From Gammaproteobacteria bacterium HGW-Gammaproteobacteria-14 (lineage in GTDB: Bacteria; Pseudomonadota; Gammaproteobacteria; Pseudomonadales; Alcanivoracaceae), in the NCBI GenBank assembly GCA_002840115.1, contig PGZG01000001.1, positions 1-39,791 on the forward strand: a stretch of DNA of 39,791 nucleotides, in the 5' to 3' direction. The position numbers and the translations under genes were made by a program. This document shows, one piece after another, positions 19,275-29,242 of the stretch (positions within the stretch are counted from its first letter, which is position 1; each line of letters begins with the position of its first letter). The notes under the pieces are model-generated. The model did not search any database, was not told the DNA's origin, and was given only the letters and a program-made list of their open reading frames with translations.

Positions 19275-19880
19275 TCAGCCTTTCTCGGTCAGAGTGCCTT
19301 TGGTGGATGGCGTGATGTTTTCCATCCGCGGATCGAACTCCACCGCCATACGCAGTGCCCGTCCAAACGCCTTGAATACGGTTTCCGCCTGATGGTGCGC
19401 ATTACGGCCGCGCAACCCGTCGATATGCACGGTCATCATGCCGTGGTTCACGAGCCCCTGAAAAAACTCATAGAACAGATCAACATCAAAGTCCGCAATG
19501 CGCGCACGAATAAAATCGACATGCATTTCCAGACCAGGACGACCGGAAAGATCAATCACCACGCGGGACAACGCCTCATCCAGCGGCACATAGGCGTGGC
19601 CATAACGGCGCACTCCCTTCTTGTCACCCCAGGCCTTGGCTAACGCCTGCCCTAAGGTAATGCCGATATCTTCCACCGTGTGGTGGGCATCAATGTGCAG
19701 ATCGCCCTTGGCAGAAATTTCAATATCAATCAGGCCATGACGAGCCACCTGATCCACCATGTGGTCAAGGAAAGGCAAGCCGGTATCAAGCCGACTGGTG
19801 CCGGTACCGTCGAGATTAACGGTCACCGCAATCTGGGTTTCCAGCGTATTACGGGACACGCTGGCGATGCGCTGCGTCAT
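19275..19880 (-). CDS. hisB: Imidazoleglycerol-phosphate dehydratase
   Basis: [24 protein letters not shown]; monofunctional; ATG 19880. Confidence 0.98.
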   Translation of the reverse strand: MTQRIASVSRNTLETQIAVTVNLDGTGTSRLDTGLPFLDHMVDQVARHGLIDIEISAKGDLHIDAHHTVEDIGITLGQALAKAWGDKKGVRRYGHAYVPLDEALSRVVIDLSGRPGLEMHVDFIRARIADFDVDLFYEFFQGLVNHGMMTVHIDGLRGRNAHHQAETVFKAFGRALRMAVEFDPRMENITPSTKGTLTEKG

Positions 19881-20016
19881 GAATAGCCTCCATCTGGCAG
19901 GGCGGCCATTATAGGCCTCGCCTGCACTCGGCACCAATGCGGAATCACCGGATAACTTGATTAACCCCCTTCACAGCCGCCAGAATCCCCACAACTTAAC
20001 GCTTCTCTGGTGCAGC

Positions 20017-20346
20017 ATGCCTCTGATTGTCAGCGAAATCCCCTTATCGGAAGCCTCTGCCGAGACCTTCAGCAACGTACTCAAGGCGAACCCCGACCTG
20101 GCCCGGGCCTTTGCCAAGGCGGCAGAATCCGGCGATGGCCGTTTGTTTCAGGGAATATTCAATGCCAAGCCTGTGGCGCTACTGCGCGTGATTAGCGATC
20201 CATTGATCGCCGGGGAGTCCGCATGGCGTCTGAGCGAGCTGGTGGTTCACCCCGCCACCCGGAAACGGGGCGTCGGCAAGGAAATGGTTCGTCAGGCAGG
20301 TGCTCTGCTAGCCCCGGCAACTCTGGACAGCGGCCCTCGTTGGTAG
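20017..20346 (+). CDS. Acetyl-CoA sensor PanZ/PanM-like GNAT protein
   Basis: FNAKPV and VVHPATRKRGVG acetyl-CoA binding motif; divergent from hisB. Confidence 0.7.
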   Translation: MPLIVSEIPLSEASAETFSNVLKANPDLARAFAKAAESGDGRLFQGIFNAKPVALLRVISDPLIAGESAWRLSELVVHPATRKRGVGKEMVRQAGALLAPATLDSGPRW

Positions 20347-20397
20347 TTTTGCGGGACTTCTGTGAAGTACAAAGGCCGTGCAATGGACAACACTGAC

Positions 20398-22308
20398 TCA
20401 ACCGGGCGCCAGCGGCAACCGAATACAAATAGCAGCGCCTTTACCGGGACCTGCGCTTTCTGCCCATATCTTCCCGCCCATCTGCGTAATCATCACCCGA
20501 GCCATCGGTAACGACAAACCAAAGCCATCCACATGATGTCCCGAACCCACCATAAAGAAGGGCCTAAAAATGCTATCCAACTGCTCACGAACAATACCTT
20601 GACCCTGATCTTCAACCCGAATTACCAAAGCCTCCTCTTCCCGCACCCCAAGCCATTCAATCACACCGCCCTCCGGGCTTACCCGGATGGCGTTATCCAT
20701 CAGCATAGAGAATACGTCGTGCAGCTCTCGCTCACAGGCCAGCACCGACAACTCAGCCGGCAGCCGGTTGATGATTCGCAAAGATTTGGCATCCACTGCG
20801 GCAGCGAAGTCAGGCAGCATCTTGTCCAGCATCCACATCGGCTGGCAGTAGCCATGGGCGGGCTGGTGATCACGACCGGCCAAATCAAAATAGCGCAACG
20901 AGGTGGCCACCAACTGATGCAAACGCTCCTGCCCCCGCTGCACCATGCGCACCGCATCCCTCAACTCCTTTGGCACCGACTCAGCCTCCAGCATTTTGGC
21001 GCTGCCCAGCCAATTCAACGGGGTATTCAGTTCATGGCTGAGGTAACCCATAAACACCAGCTTATCTCGGTCAAGCTGCTCCACTTCCGCAACATGCCGC
21101 CGCATGGCCTCCTCGGAATCCCTCGACAGACTGTCTCGCTGATACTCCAGCAGATTGATTCGATCGCCCAATGCTAACGACAGCAGTACCGCCACCCAGC
21201 CACCACCAATATGGGGTGCGTAATTGGTTAGGGCGCTGTGTGGTATCAGACCAAGATTGCTCAGCGAAAACACTACGCAGCCCAACAAAAACAGAGACCA
21301 GGCAATCACATAGAGGCGCGCAGCGGTATAGCCCTTTAGCCACACCATCCAGCCAATCGCGAACAGTGACAACACCACCATCAACACCAGCGCTGTATTG
21401 GTGAGATAGGACCAGGGGGCGGGCAAAAATATGGATACCGGCACCATGACCACACTAATACGGAACAACCATTGCAACCACCGCTCGGCGACCGGCATGC
21501 GGCTAGCCACATCAAGAAATATCAGGCTATAACGAAGTAGTGCTGCTGCACCGATGGTGACAAAGAAAGGGTAATGCTCATTAATTTTCGGCCAGCTCGG
21601 CCAAAAATATTGAAGGCCGAAACCATTCAGGTTGAGCAAACTGATAATCAGGCTACCGAGGAAAACCACATAGTAAAGGTAGGCTGTTTCACGCAGCGAG
21701 AAAAACAGCAACAGGTTATAGATCAACATCACCAGCAGGCCGCCAAAAAAAAGGCCAAACAGCATCTGCTCGCGATACGTACGCTCCACCAGACCCTGGG
21801 CGCTGGCCAGCTTTAACTCCAGATTCAGCGCCCCTTTACCCCACACTTCCAGATAGTAGGTTTGGGTGCCATCGGCGCTACTATCGAGGGGAAAAATGAA
21901 CTCACGGTGATTAAAAATGCGCTCGGAAAATGAAAGCGTGTCGCCCATTTCGATGGATTGGAAGCCACCAACACCATCCGGGGCATAAAACACCAGATGA
22001 TCAATAATCGGATGCCGCTGAATCAGGTACCAAGGCTGGTCCCGTACCAACGAAAAATCCACCTCAAAACGCAACCAGATCCGAGCGGAGGTAAAACCAT
22101 AGTTAGGATACAGCTGATTCGAAGGCTGGAACCGGTCAACAAAGGGGCCGCTAACATCACCGATACCCCAGCGCCCCTCCGGATCCACCAGCACGGACAG
22201 GTCACGACCGATCAATAACTCATTATCCTGCGACGATGGCGCGATCACGGCCCCCGCCGTTGTCGCCCAACACAGCAGTATCGCGCACAGAATGCGGAAC
22301 TTTGCCAC
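20398..22308 (-). CDS. Sensor histidine kinase with 7TM-DISM extracellular and 7TM domains
   Basis: Signal peptide, NYGFTSARIWLRF, LIYNLLLFFSLRETAYLYY, LSHELNTPL, LMDNAIR, VEDQGQGI, GFGLSL. Confidence 0.92.
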   Translation of the reverse strand: MAKFRILCAILLCWATTAGAVIAPSSQDNELLIGRDLSVLVDPEGRWGIGDVSGPFVDRFQPSNQLYPNYGFTSARIWLRFEVDFSLVRDQPWYLIQRHPIIDHLVFYAPDGVGGFQSIEMGDTLSFSERIFNHREFIFPLDSSADGTQTYYLEVWGKGALNLELKLASAQGLVERTYREQMLFGLFFGGLLVMLIYNLLLFFSLRETAYLYYVVFLGSLIISLLNLNGFGLQYFWPSWPKINEHYPFFVTIGAAALLRYSLIFLDVASRMPVAERWLQWLFRISVVMVPVSIFLPAPWSYLTNTALVLMVVLSLFAIGWMVWLKGYTAARLYVIAWSLFLLGCVVFSLSNLGLIPHSALTNYAPHIGGGWVAVLLSLALGDRINLLEYQRDSLSRDSEEAMRRHVAEVEQLDRDKLVFMGYLSHELNTPLNWLGSAKMLEAESVPKELRDAVRMVQRGQERLHQLVATSLRYFDLAGRDHQPAHGYCQPMWMLDKMLPDFAAAVDAKSLRIINRLPAELSVLACERELHDVFSMLMDNAIRVSPEGGVIEWLGVREEEALVIRVEDQGQGIVREQLDSIFRPFFMVGSGHHVDGFGLSLPMARVMITQMGGKIWAESAGPGKGAAICIRLPLAPG

Positions 22309-22479
22309 CGGATATCCCCCTAACTAGCCACACGTTTCAGCATCGATGCCCGAGATAAACACTCGAGACAGACGTCCGAGATGCATTTTTATCGGCACTC
22401 ATAGACACTAGCGTTCATGGCGCCAGAACTCACACGCTCTATAATCGACGCCAACCACCCAGCACGCAAGGAGACCGTC

Positions 22480-24732
22480 ATGGTGCGCGCAGTAAAGATC
22501 CTGTTTGGCCTGATCCTGCTGATTGTCGCTCTGCTGGCAACAGCCATTGTGGTTATCACTCGCGTGATCGACCCTAATGACTTCAAGCCGCAAATCAGCA
22601 CTGCCGCCCGCGAACATGCCGATATCGACCTGCTGATACCCGGCGAGCTGTCCTGGACCTTCTGGCCCTACCTCGGCATTAGCGTCGGCCGTACCGAGGC
22701 CCGACTGGCGGACGAAACCGAACTATTCGCCGCCCTTGATGAAGTACGTACCAGTGTGGCGGTATGGCCGCTATTGTTTGGCGAAGTACAACTCTCCGGC
22801 ATCCATCTATCCGGCCTTGAGCTGAATCTGGTGGAAACTGCGGATGGCGCCAACTGGGAGCGTATCGCCGCAGGCGATAGCGAAGCCGCCGACACCGAGA
22901 CAGGAACCAGCGCCGACGAAGGCGTACCGGAGCTGCCGGTAAGCCTGCCACTGGTCACCATTAGCGATAGCCGCATTCGTTACCGCAACCTGATGGATGG
23001 CACCGACATTCAGATTGACGACCTGAACTTTCAGGCCCGTGATGTCAGCCTGACGGAAGCTTTCCCGATGGTGCTATCGTTGCGATATCAGGATCAGGAC
23101 GATATCCGCATCGACCTTAGCCTGGATACCGTGCTGGGCATGGATCTGGGCAACAACGTGTTCAACCTGACACCGCTAAACCTGAACAGCACCATTGCCG
23201 GCGTTACCAGCCTGCCCGTTAAAGTCAGCCTGCGACAGAATCTCACCGCCGCGCTGGACGAGGACCGCATCAGCGTCCGTGATCTGGTACTTGATGCTGC
23301 GGGTGTCCGCGCCAGCGGCAATATGGAGCTGACCCAGCTATCCGGCAAGCCCATTTTCAAGGGCCAACTTTCCGTAGCACCCTTCAACGCCAATAATGCC
23401 CTGAAAGCCATCGGCGAACTGCCCATCGAAACCAGCGACCCGGCCGCCCTCAGCAGTATTTCCATGGAAATGACTTTTAACGGCCCGGAAAATAGCCTTT
23501 TTCTTGATCCTCTGGTCATTCAGATGGATAACAGCCGGATCAGTGGTCAGGCCGGCATCACCGATCTGGATAGCGGCCATATTCGCTTCGACCTGCTGCT
23601 GGATAAACTACTCGCTGACGGCTACCTCCCGCCCAGCGAAGAACCCGTCGAGAACCCGAACCTAACAGCCTCCACCGCCATACTGCCGCCGTTATCAACG
23701 GAACCCTTGCTGCCACTGGAAGACCTTCGTGCCCTCAGCGTTGACGGCGTATTTCGCATTGGCGCCCTCTCGCTGGAAGGCATTGAAACCAGCAACATGC
23801 ACTTCACCCTGAACGCCAAAGACGGGCTACTGCAGCTACTGGAAGCCACCGGTAACGCGCTGGGCGGTGAATTCAATGCCAGCGCAGCTCTGGATGCCCG
23901 CACCGACGAACCGGTTATCACCCTGAAAAAGTCGGTCAAAAATGTACAAATCCAACCCGTGGTTATCATGGCGCTGGATGACGACCTCTTTACCGGCCTG
24001 CTGGACATGAATATGGATTTCCGCGCCACTGGAAACAGCGAGCAGGCACTGGCGGACAGCGGCGTCGGCGCCCTGAAAATGACGCTGTCGAAAGGCACTA
24101 TCCGTGGCATGAACCTGCATAACACTCTTATTGGTGGTGTGAACGAAATGCTCGGCAGCTACCAGATGCTGGCCAGCTATATTCCAGGACAAGAGTCCGG
24201 CAGGCTGCCCCGGCAACTGTCCGAAGATACGGAAGTGGTGCAAATGCATATTAATGCCCGACTGGAAAAACTGGTCGCTCATGTTGATGAACTGCGCGCC
24301 GAACTGCCCCGTGGCGCACTCAATGGCAAAGGCTTCCTTAACCTGCGCAGCGAAGCGTTCGACTTCCGCATCGGTATGCGGTCGGAGGATCTCAGTGGCA
24401 ACAAATATATTGGTGATCGAAGCTGGCCGCTGCGTTGCCGTGGCAACCTGGCTGGCGACGCCGGTGACTGGTGCAGCGCAGACAGCAGCGCTTTCCGTGA
24501 CATTGGCAAAGACATTGCTGCCAAGCTGGCCCAAGACAAGGTACTGGACCGCCTGGGCCTGGATGCAGACAGTGCACGCCAAGAACTGGATGCTCAGAAA
24601 GCTGCAGCCCGCGAGAAGGCCCGCACCGAACAGGAACGGATAAAACAACAAGCTGACAAAGCAAAAAAGGAAGCCGAAGACGATATTCGGCGCAAAGCCG
24701 AGGACGGCCTGCGTAACCTGCTTAACCGATGA
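22480..24732 (+). CDS. asmA: AsmA family protein
   Basis: N-terminal [31 protein letters not shown]; directly upstream of mutY. Confidence 0.88.
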   Translation: MVRAVKILFGLILLIVALLATAIVVITRVIDPNDFKPQISTAAREHADIDLLIPGELSWTFWPYLGISVGRTEARLADETELFAALDEVRTSVAVWPLLFGEVQLSGIHLSGLELNLVETADGANWERIAAGDSEAADTETGTSADEGVPELPVSLPLVTISDSRIRYRNLMDGTDIQIDDLNFQARDVSLTEAFPMVLSLRYQDQDDIRIDLSLDTVLGMDLGNNVFNLTPLNLNSTIAGVTSLPVKVSLRQNLTAALDEDRISVRDLVLDAAGVRASGNMELTQLSGKPIFKGQLSVAPFNANNALKAIGELPIETSDPAALSSISMEMTFNGPENSLFLDPLVIQMDNSRISGQAGITDLDSGHIRFDLLLDKLLADGYLPPSEEPVENPNLTASTAILPPLSTEPLLPLEDLRALSVDGVFRIGALSLEGIETSNMHFTLNAKDGLLQLLEATGNALGGEFNASAALDARTDEPVITLKKSVKNVQIQPVVIMALDDDLFTGLLDMNMDFRATGNSEQALADSGVGALKMTLSKGTIRGMNLHNTLIGGVNEMLGSYQMLASYIPGQESGRLPRQLSEDTEVVQMHINARLEKLVAHVDELRAELPRGALNGKGFLNLRSEAFDFRIGMRSEDLSGNKYIGDRSWPLRCRGNLAGDAGDWCSADSSAFRDIGKDIAAKLAQDKVLDRLGLDADSARQELDAQKAAAREKARTEQERIKQQADKAKKEAEDDIRRKAEDGLRNLLNR

Positions 24733-25769
24733 CTCCTGCCGCCTTCCAAAAAGCCGTGCTGGCCTGGTACGACCAGCACGGCCGCAAGGACCTGCCCTGG
24801 CAAAAAAGCCTGACCCCCTACCGGGTATGGGTATCGGAAATCATGCTGCAGCAAACACAAGTCAGCACCGTGATTCCCTACTTCCAGCGTTTTATGACGC
24901 GCTTTCCTTCCGTCACCGCGCTGGCCCAGGCACCGATTGATGACGTACTGCATCTGTGGACCGGCCTCGGTTACTATGCCCGCGCCCGCAATCTGCACAA
25001 AACCGCCCAAATAATTAGCAATAACCATCGGGGTAAATTCCCCCGCGATGTTGAGTCCTTGTCATCACTACCCGGCATTGGCCGCTCCACTGCAGGAGCC
25101 ATTGCCAGCATCAGCATGGAAATACGCGCCCCCATTCTCGACGGTAATGTAAAGCGGGTATTGGCCCGTTTCCATGCCATCGATGGCTGGCCCGGCGAAA
25201 CCGTCGTGGCTAACCAGCTATGGGCCGTCGCCGAAAAATACACCCCGAATACTCGGCTGCGCGACTACACCCAGGTAATGATGGATCTCGGGGCTACCGT
25301 TTGCACTCGCAGCAAACCACGCTGCGAACAATGCCCGCTGCACAAACACTGCGCCGCATTTTCCCGCAATGAAGTCGCACGATTCCCCGGTAAGAAAGCC
25401 AGCAAAAAAACACCCGTACGGGAAACCCTGATGCTGTTACTGGATAACGGCAACGGCGAAATTTTGCTGGAACAGCGGCCACCCAGTGGCATCTGGGGCG
25501 GCCTGTGGTGCCCGCCACAAATCGAGAACCCCGACGCACTCAAAGACGCCCTTGCCCAGCGAGGCCTGAAAGGCAGCAAAGCCGATAAACTGCCCGCGTT
25601 TCGACACACCTTCAGCCACTTTCATCTTGATATCCAACCGCTACGCATCACGGTAAAGCAGCACAGCAAAACTATTGCCGAGACCGTGCCACAACGTTGG
25701 GTTAGTAGCCGCAACCCCGGCACCCTCGGGCTGGCCGCGCCCATCAAAAAATTACTGGCGTCGCTATAA
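24729..25769 (+). CDS. mutY: A/G-specific adenine glycosylase
   Basis: [38 protein letters not shown], 4Fe-4[18 protein letters not shown]. Confidence 0.98.
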   Translation: MTPAAFQKAVLAWYDQHGRKDLPWQKSLTPYRVWVSEIMLQQTQVSTVIPYFQRFMTRFPSVTALAQAPIDDVLHLWTGLGYYARARNLHKTAQIISNNHRGKFPRDVESLSSLPGIGRSTAGAIASISMEIRAPILDGNVKRVLARFHAIDGWPGETVVANQLWAVAEKYTPNTRLRDYTQVMMDLGATVCTRSKPRCEQCPLHKHCAAFSRNEVARFPGKKASKKTPVRETLMLLLDNGNGEILLEQRPPSGIWGGLWCPPQIENPDALKDALAQRGLKGSKADKLPAFRHTFSHFHLDIQPLRITVKQHSKTIAETVPQRWVSSRNPGTLGLAAPIKKLLASL

Positions 25770-25788
25770 CTTCAAGCCCCCCGGTGCA

Positions 25789-25820
25789 GCTCTTGCGGCG
25801 GTCATTACCGCTGCAAGAGC
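25789..25820. repeat. Stem-loop downstream of mutY
   Basis: GCTCTTGCGGCGGT-CATT-ACCGCTGCAAGAGC, 14-bp stem with one G-T pair. Confidence 0.7.
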
Positions 25821-25931
25821 AAACATTAGCGCCCCATCTGTAACCTGACCAAAACATTCAACGCAAGGTCATGGCTGATCCGAAAATAGCGCTGCTATGG
25901 TGCTCTGGCATTTATTGAATCGGAGCCTGCC

Positions 25932-27173
25932 ATGACCAGCGCCACCCAGCCCTCCCTGAACATCCTGACCCGTGTCGGCGACCCGAATCGCCCCGCCATG
26001 CGCTGGGGGCGCCGCGCTTTCCGCTGGGTGCTTGGCTCCGACCCACACCCGAGCAGCGGACAGCTCACTGAAATTCGCCGCCATATGCTCATGGGTGATG
26101 CCCGCGCCGATGCCGTGGTTGCCCTGTATAAAACCCTGCCCGCCGGACAAGGTCGCAAGCTCGTTGATCAGGCATTGGAAAAAGGTCTGCACAGCCTTAC
26201 CAATCCACCGGCAGAACTGGTTGCTTTGTTTGAACAGATTGATCACGAACCGATCTGGCTCGACCGGGAAAAACTGAACCTTGCCTGCGATGTATCAAGA
26301 CGCGTCGGTCTGTCCGGCGAACTGGTGCTGCGCAACCTGTCCCTGATGGGTGGCTACCTCGGCGGCGCCGCCGCCAAACCCCTGGTATTCACCGGCCAGC
26401 TTGATCGCATGACCCCGCGCCGCCTGGTAGAAACCAGCAAATTCTGGATGGACGTCACCACCCGCGGCGGACTGGAACACAACGCTCCCGGCTTCAAAAG
26501 CGCCGTGCGCGTGCGCCTGATGCATGCTCAAGTGCGCGCCATGCTATTGGAGTCTGACAAATGGGACATGGCCTGGGGACACCCGCTAAACCAGTGGGAT
26601 TCCATGGCCACCATTCTTGAGTTCTCGGTAATTTTTATGAGCGGCCTACGCTCCATCGGCTTTATCTTCAGCAAGCGCGAACGCGAAGCCGTGGTGCACC
26701 TGTGGCGCTATGTCGGTTACCTGATGGGGGTGGAGGAGCGCATCCTCCCCACCTGCGAAGCCGACGCCATGCGCGCTCTTTATCAGGTTATCGCCACCAT
26801 CTGCGACAGTGACGAAGATACCCGCCAACTCGGTCAATCCCTCGCCGACGCGCCCCTCAAGTTCGCCGACGACCGCTGGACCAGCCAACGTCTGACCCAA
26901 CTCGAACGCACCCTGCGCATCGGCTACAGCCGTTATGTCCTCGGCGACACCGCCGGTGACGCACTGGGTCTGCCACGCACCGCCGCGAAATATTTCTGGC
27001 CCGCCCAAATCCCGCTCAGACTCAGCGCCGAACTGCTCCGAATCGCCCTGCCACCGGTAAATAAAGCCTTGGTAAAACGGGGCGAAAACGCTGTGCGCAC
27101 CCAGTTCCCGCAACTCGTCAAACAAACCAGCGCCGACACCAGTTTTACCCCGGTGTCCCGCTTGGCGCGCTAA
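25932..27173 (+). CDS. Oxygenase MpaB/DUF2236 (Lcp-related) family protein
   Basis: RRLVETSKFW, VRVRLMHAQVR, PLNQWDSMAT, HLWRYVGYLMGV. Confidence 0.85.
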   Translation: MTSATQPSLNILTRVGDPNRPAMRWGRRAFRWVLGSDPHPSSGQLTEIRRHMLMGDARADAVVALYKTLPAGQGRKLVDQALEKGLHSLTNPPAELVALFEQIDHEPIWLDREKLNLACDVSRRVGLSGELVLRNLSLMGGYLGGAAAKPLVFTGQLDRMTPRRLVETSKFWMDVTTRGGLEHNAPGFKSAVRVRLMHAQVRAMLLESDKWDMAWGHPLNQWDSMATILEFSVIFMSGLRSIGFIFSKREREAVVHLWRYVGYLMGVEERILPTCEADAMRALYQVIATICDSDEDTRQLGQSLADAPLKFADDRWTSQRLTQLERTLRIGYSRYVLGDTAGDALGLPRTAAKYFWPAQIPLRLSAELLRIALPPVNKALVKRGENAVRTQFPQLVKQTSADTSFTPVSRLAR

Positions 27174-27445
27174 ACAACGCCTGCCGACACAAGAAGCAAG
27201 CCCTGCAATGCGGGGCACATCCTCGCTCCACCCTGAAAAACCAGTCAGTCTCTCCGGCGGGACTTATCAGTGTCCTTCCTGATCCAACAATTTCCCGACC
27301 ATCTCGACAGTTGATGGAAGTAATCTTTTAGTTGTACCAATGAAGACAGTCGCATGCATTCCAAGTTAGGTGTTAGATTGAAGTCTGCGAATTAATTAAA
27401 GTAGTGACGCACGGAAAACTCAAAGAGGTTAAAGGCCGCCTTATC

Positions 27446-27799
27446 ATGAACAAGGACTCAGCACAGGAGTTTGCCACCGAATGGATCGAGGCATGGAACT
27501 CCCATGATATTGACCGGATTCTCTCGCATTATGCGGATGACTTTGAAATGAACTCTCCGGTTATTGCCAGAAGAGTTGGCGTGGCATCAGGGGTGCTTCA
27601 GGGAAAAGACCAGATAAGACCTTATTGGCAACAAGCGTTCGAGGAGTACCCGGACCTGGAGTTCAAGTTGCTGCAGGTTTTGCAGGGCGTCAGTTGGATG
27701 ACCATCTATTACCTGGGAGCAAGGGGCAAGGAAGTGGCGGAAACCTTTATTTTTAATCCTGCCGGAGAAGTTATCCGGGTTTACGCCTCCTACGCCTGA
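27446..27799 (+). CDS. SnoaL/NTF2-like protein
   Basis: WIEAWNSHDIDRILSHYADDFEMNSP, GKDQIRPYW, YPDLEF; ATG 27446. Confidence 0.85.
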   Translation: MNKDSAQEFATEWIEAWNSHDIDRILSHYADDFEMNSPVIARRVGVASGVLQGKDQIRPYWQQAFEEYPDLEFKLLQVLQGVSWMTIYYLGARGKEVAETFIFNPAGEVIRVYASYA

Positions 27800-27837
27800 T
27801 AAATTACCTTTCATGGATATCAGCTTGGAGGGCATGT

Positions 27838-28296
27838 ATGTACCAACCACGGAAGATTGAAAGCAACCCCTCTTGGCTGGATGCGGACGGCATAAAGATT
27901 TACACCATCTCTGCGCAGAACCAACCAGTGAACCAGGCCACCTATTTACGGAGACTTTCTGAAGTCAAACAGAACAAGCCTGTAATCTGGGAAGCCACTC
28001 CAGCGTTTGCCATTTTTCACGATGGGGCAACATGCCAATATCTGGTTCTGGCCTGGTGGGGCAATGATAACGAGCTATTTACATCAGTCTCGGTCAACAC
28101 CGCGTCTGGCTGGATCGAAGATCCATCGCAATATTCATTCTGCCTCTGGGATCTCGAAGTGCTCTGGCACGAACGAAACTATTTTATCGAGGAGGTTTAC
28201 TGCGCCAAACCGGACTTAGAAAGCTACCGCGCTAGACGGTTAGGGGGATATATTCCGCACAGACATGGCGTTGAGACTAAGAGCCCCGTCCGGTGA
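27838..28296 (+). CDS. Hypothetical protein
   Basis: 152-aa ORF with GGAGG upstream; WWGNDNEL and FCLWDLEVLWHERNYF look like conserved-family motifs; function unknown. Confidence 0.7.
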   Translation: MYQPRKIESNPSWLDADGIKIYTISAQNQPVNQATYLRRLSEVKQNKPVIWEATPAFAIFHDGATCQYLVLAWWGNDNELFTSVSVNTASGWIEDPSQYSFCLWDLEVLWHERNYFIEEVYCAKPDLESYRARRLGGYIPHRHGVETKSPVR

Positions 28297-28323
28297 TTCC
28301 GAGGCTGGCTAAGCCTGCCATAC

Positions 28324-28348
28324 AAAAAAACCCGGCACAGGCCGGGTT
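28324..28348 (-). terminator. Terminator downstream of tRNA-Phe
   Basis: Minus strand AACCCGGC-CTGT-GCCGGGTTTTTTT. Confidence 0.85.
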
Positions 28349-28376
28349 CTTTGGCAGCGTAATCCGCTGGTTTATT

Positions 28377-28452
28377 TGGTGCCCGGAGGCGGAATCGAAC
28401 CACCGACACGAGGATTTTCAATCCTCTGCTCTACCAACTGAGCTATCCGGGC
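28377..28452 (-). tRNA. tRNA-Phe (GAA)
   Basis: 76 nt GCCCGGATAGCTCAGTTGGTAGAGCAGAGGATTGAAAATCCTCGTGTCGGTGGTTCGATTCCGCCTCCGGGCACCA with encoded CCA. Confidence 0.98.
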
Positions 28453-28467
28453 TTTGGAGAGGGCGCT

Positions 28468-28496
28468 ATTAAAGCGATTCGGCCTTGCCGGGTCAA
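28468..28496 (-). promoter_or_regulatory. sigma70 promoter of tRNA-Phe
   Basis: TTGACC-17 nt-TTTAAT followed by GC-rich AGCGCCC. Confidence 0.7.
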
Positions 28497-28508
28497 CCGA
28501 GGAAGCGG

Positions 28509-28781
28509 CTATTTTTCCGGGGGGACATACCCTTCAGCCTGTTCAAAGGGCTCATTGGCTAAAAATCGCTCACGCTGGCCGTCCAGATAGACCTTGGTGG
28601 CCGGGTCCATCACGCTCAGGCGCTTCTCGTTGATCAGCATGGTTTGCTGACCAAGCCAGTCCTGCCATGCCTGCTTTGACACGCTCTCAAAGATCTCCTG
28701 CCCCTTTGGGCCGGGGAACGGCGGGCGCTCCAGTCCTTCGAGTTCCTGCTGGAGTTTGCGGCAGAACACCATTCTGGTCAT
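28509..28781 (-). CDS. yggX: Oxidative damage protection / Fe(II)-trafficking protein
   Basis: [26 protein letters not shown]. Confidence 0.96.
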   Translation of the reverse strand: MTRMVFCRKLQQELEGLERPPFPGPKGQEIFESVSKQAWQDWLGQQTMLINEKRLSVMDPATKVYLDGQRERFLANEPFEQAEGYVPPEK

Positions 28782-28964
28782 CGGGGTGGGCCTCGTACTT
28801 TTCGTTGGGTGGGCAGTGTCGCACTGCCAGTGTTCTCAGGCAAAGGTGGTCAGGAACGCCGTAAGGATGTGCGGCAGTGAGCTCGACGATTGTCCACATG
28901 GTTAGCCCTGTGGACAACCTGCGCCGTGCTTCTTGCTGACTTTAGAAGAATGCCAATGCAAGGC

Positions 28965-29140
28965 TCTTTGGCCTGTCAGGGGTTTCCGGGACTGTGTGAG
29001 CATGGGTGAGGCAAGCATATTGCGAAGCACTGCTTCGCGCGCAGCCGAACGCCCGGTAGGGCTGGCCCCCGAAGGGGCCGAACGCAAGCCTCCAGGGATG
29101 GATTCACGGCGGGTCCCGGAAACCCCTGACAGGCCAAAGA
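28965..29140. repeat. 176-bp palindromic intergenic element
   Basis: Perfect 28-bp inverted arms TCTTTGGCCTGTCAGGGGTTTCCGGGAC (28965-28992 and 29113-29140) enclosing three small hairpins. Confidence 0.85.
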
Positions 29141-29176
29141 ACCGGAGAAGTTCACTGCCCAACGCTGCATAACGGG

Positions 29177-29201
29177 TTGAAAAGGGAAACCGTGCCCCCA
29201 T
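29177..29201 (+). promoter_or_regulatory. sigma32 heat-shock promoter of htpG
   Basis: TTGAAA-13 nt-CCCCAT. Confidence 0.85.
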
Positions 29202-29242
29202 CTGCTCATACATCAACTGAACAACCAAGAGGACACCACTCC

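Noticed and set aside
27282-27378. Possible integron attC site (ATCCAAC ... GTTAGGTGTTAGAT) before the SnoaL-like gene
   Set aside because: Only the outer core-like 7-mers roughly pair; inner boxes do not, there is no second site and no integrase. IntegronFinder would settle it
25770-28376. Intact integrative element at tRNA-Phe
   Set aside because: No integrase and no duplicated tRNA 3' end found in the window
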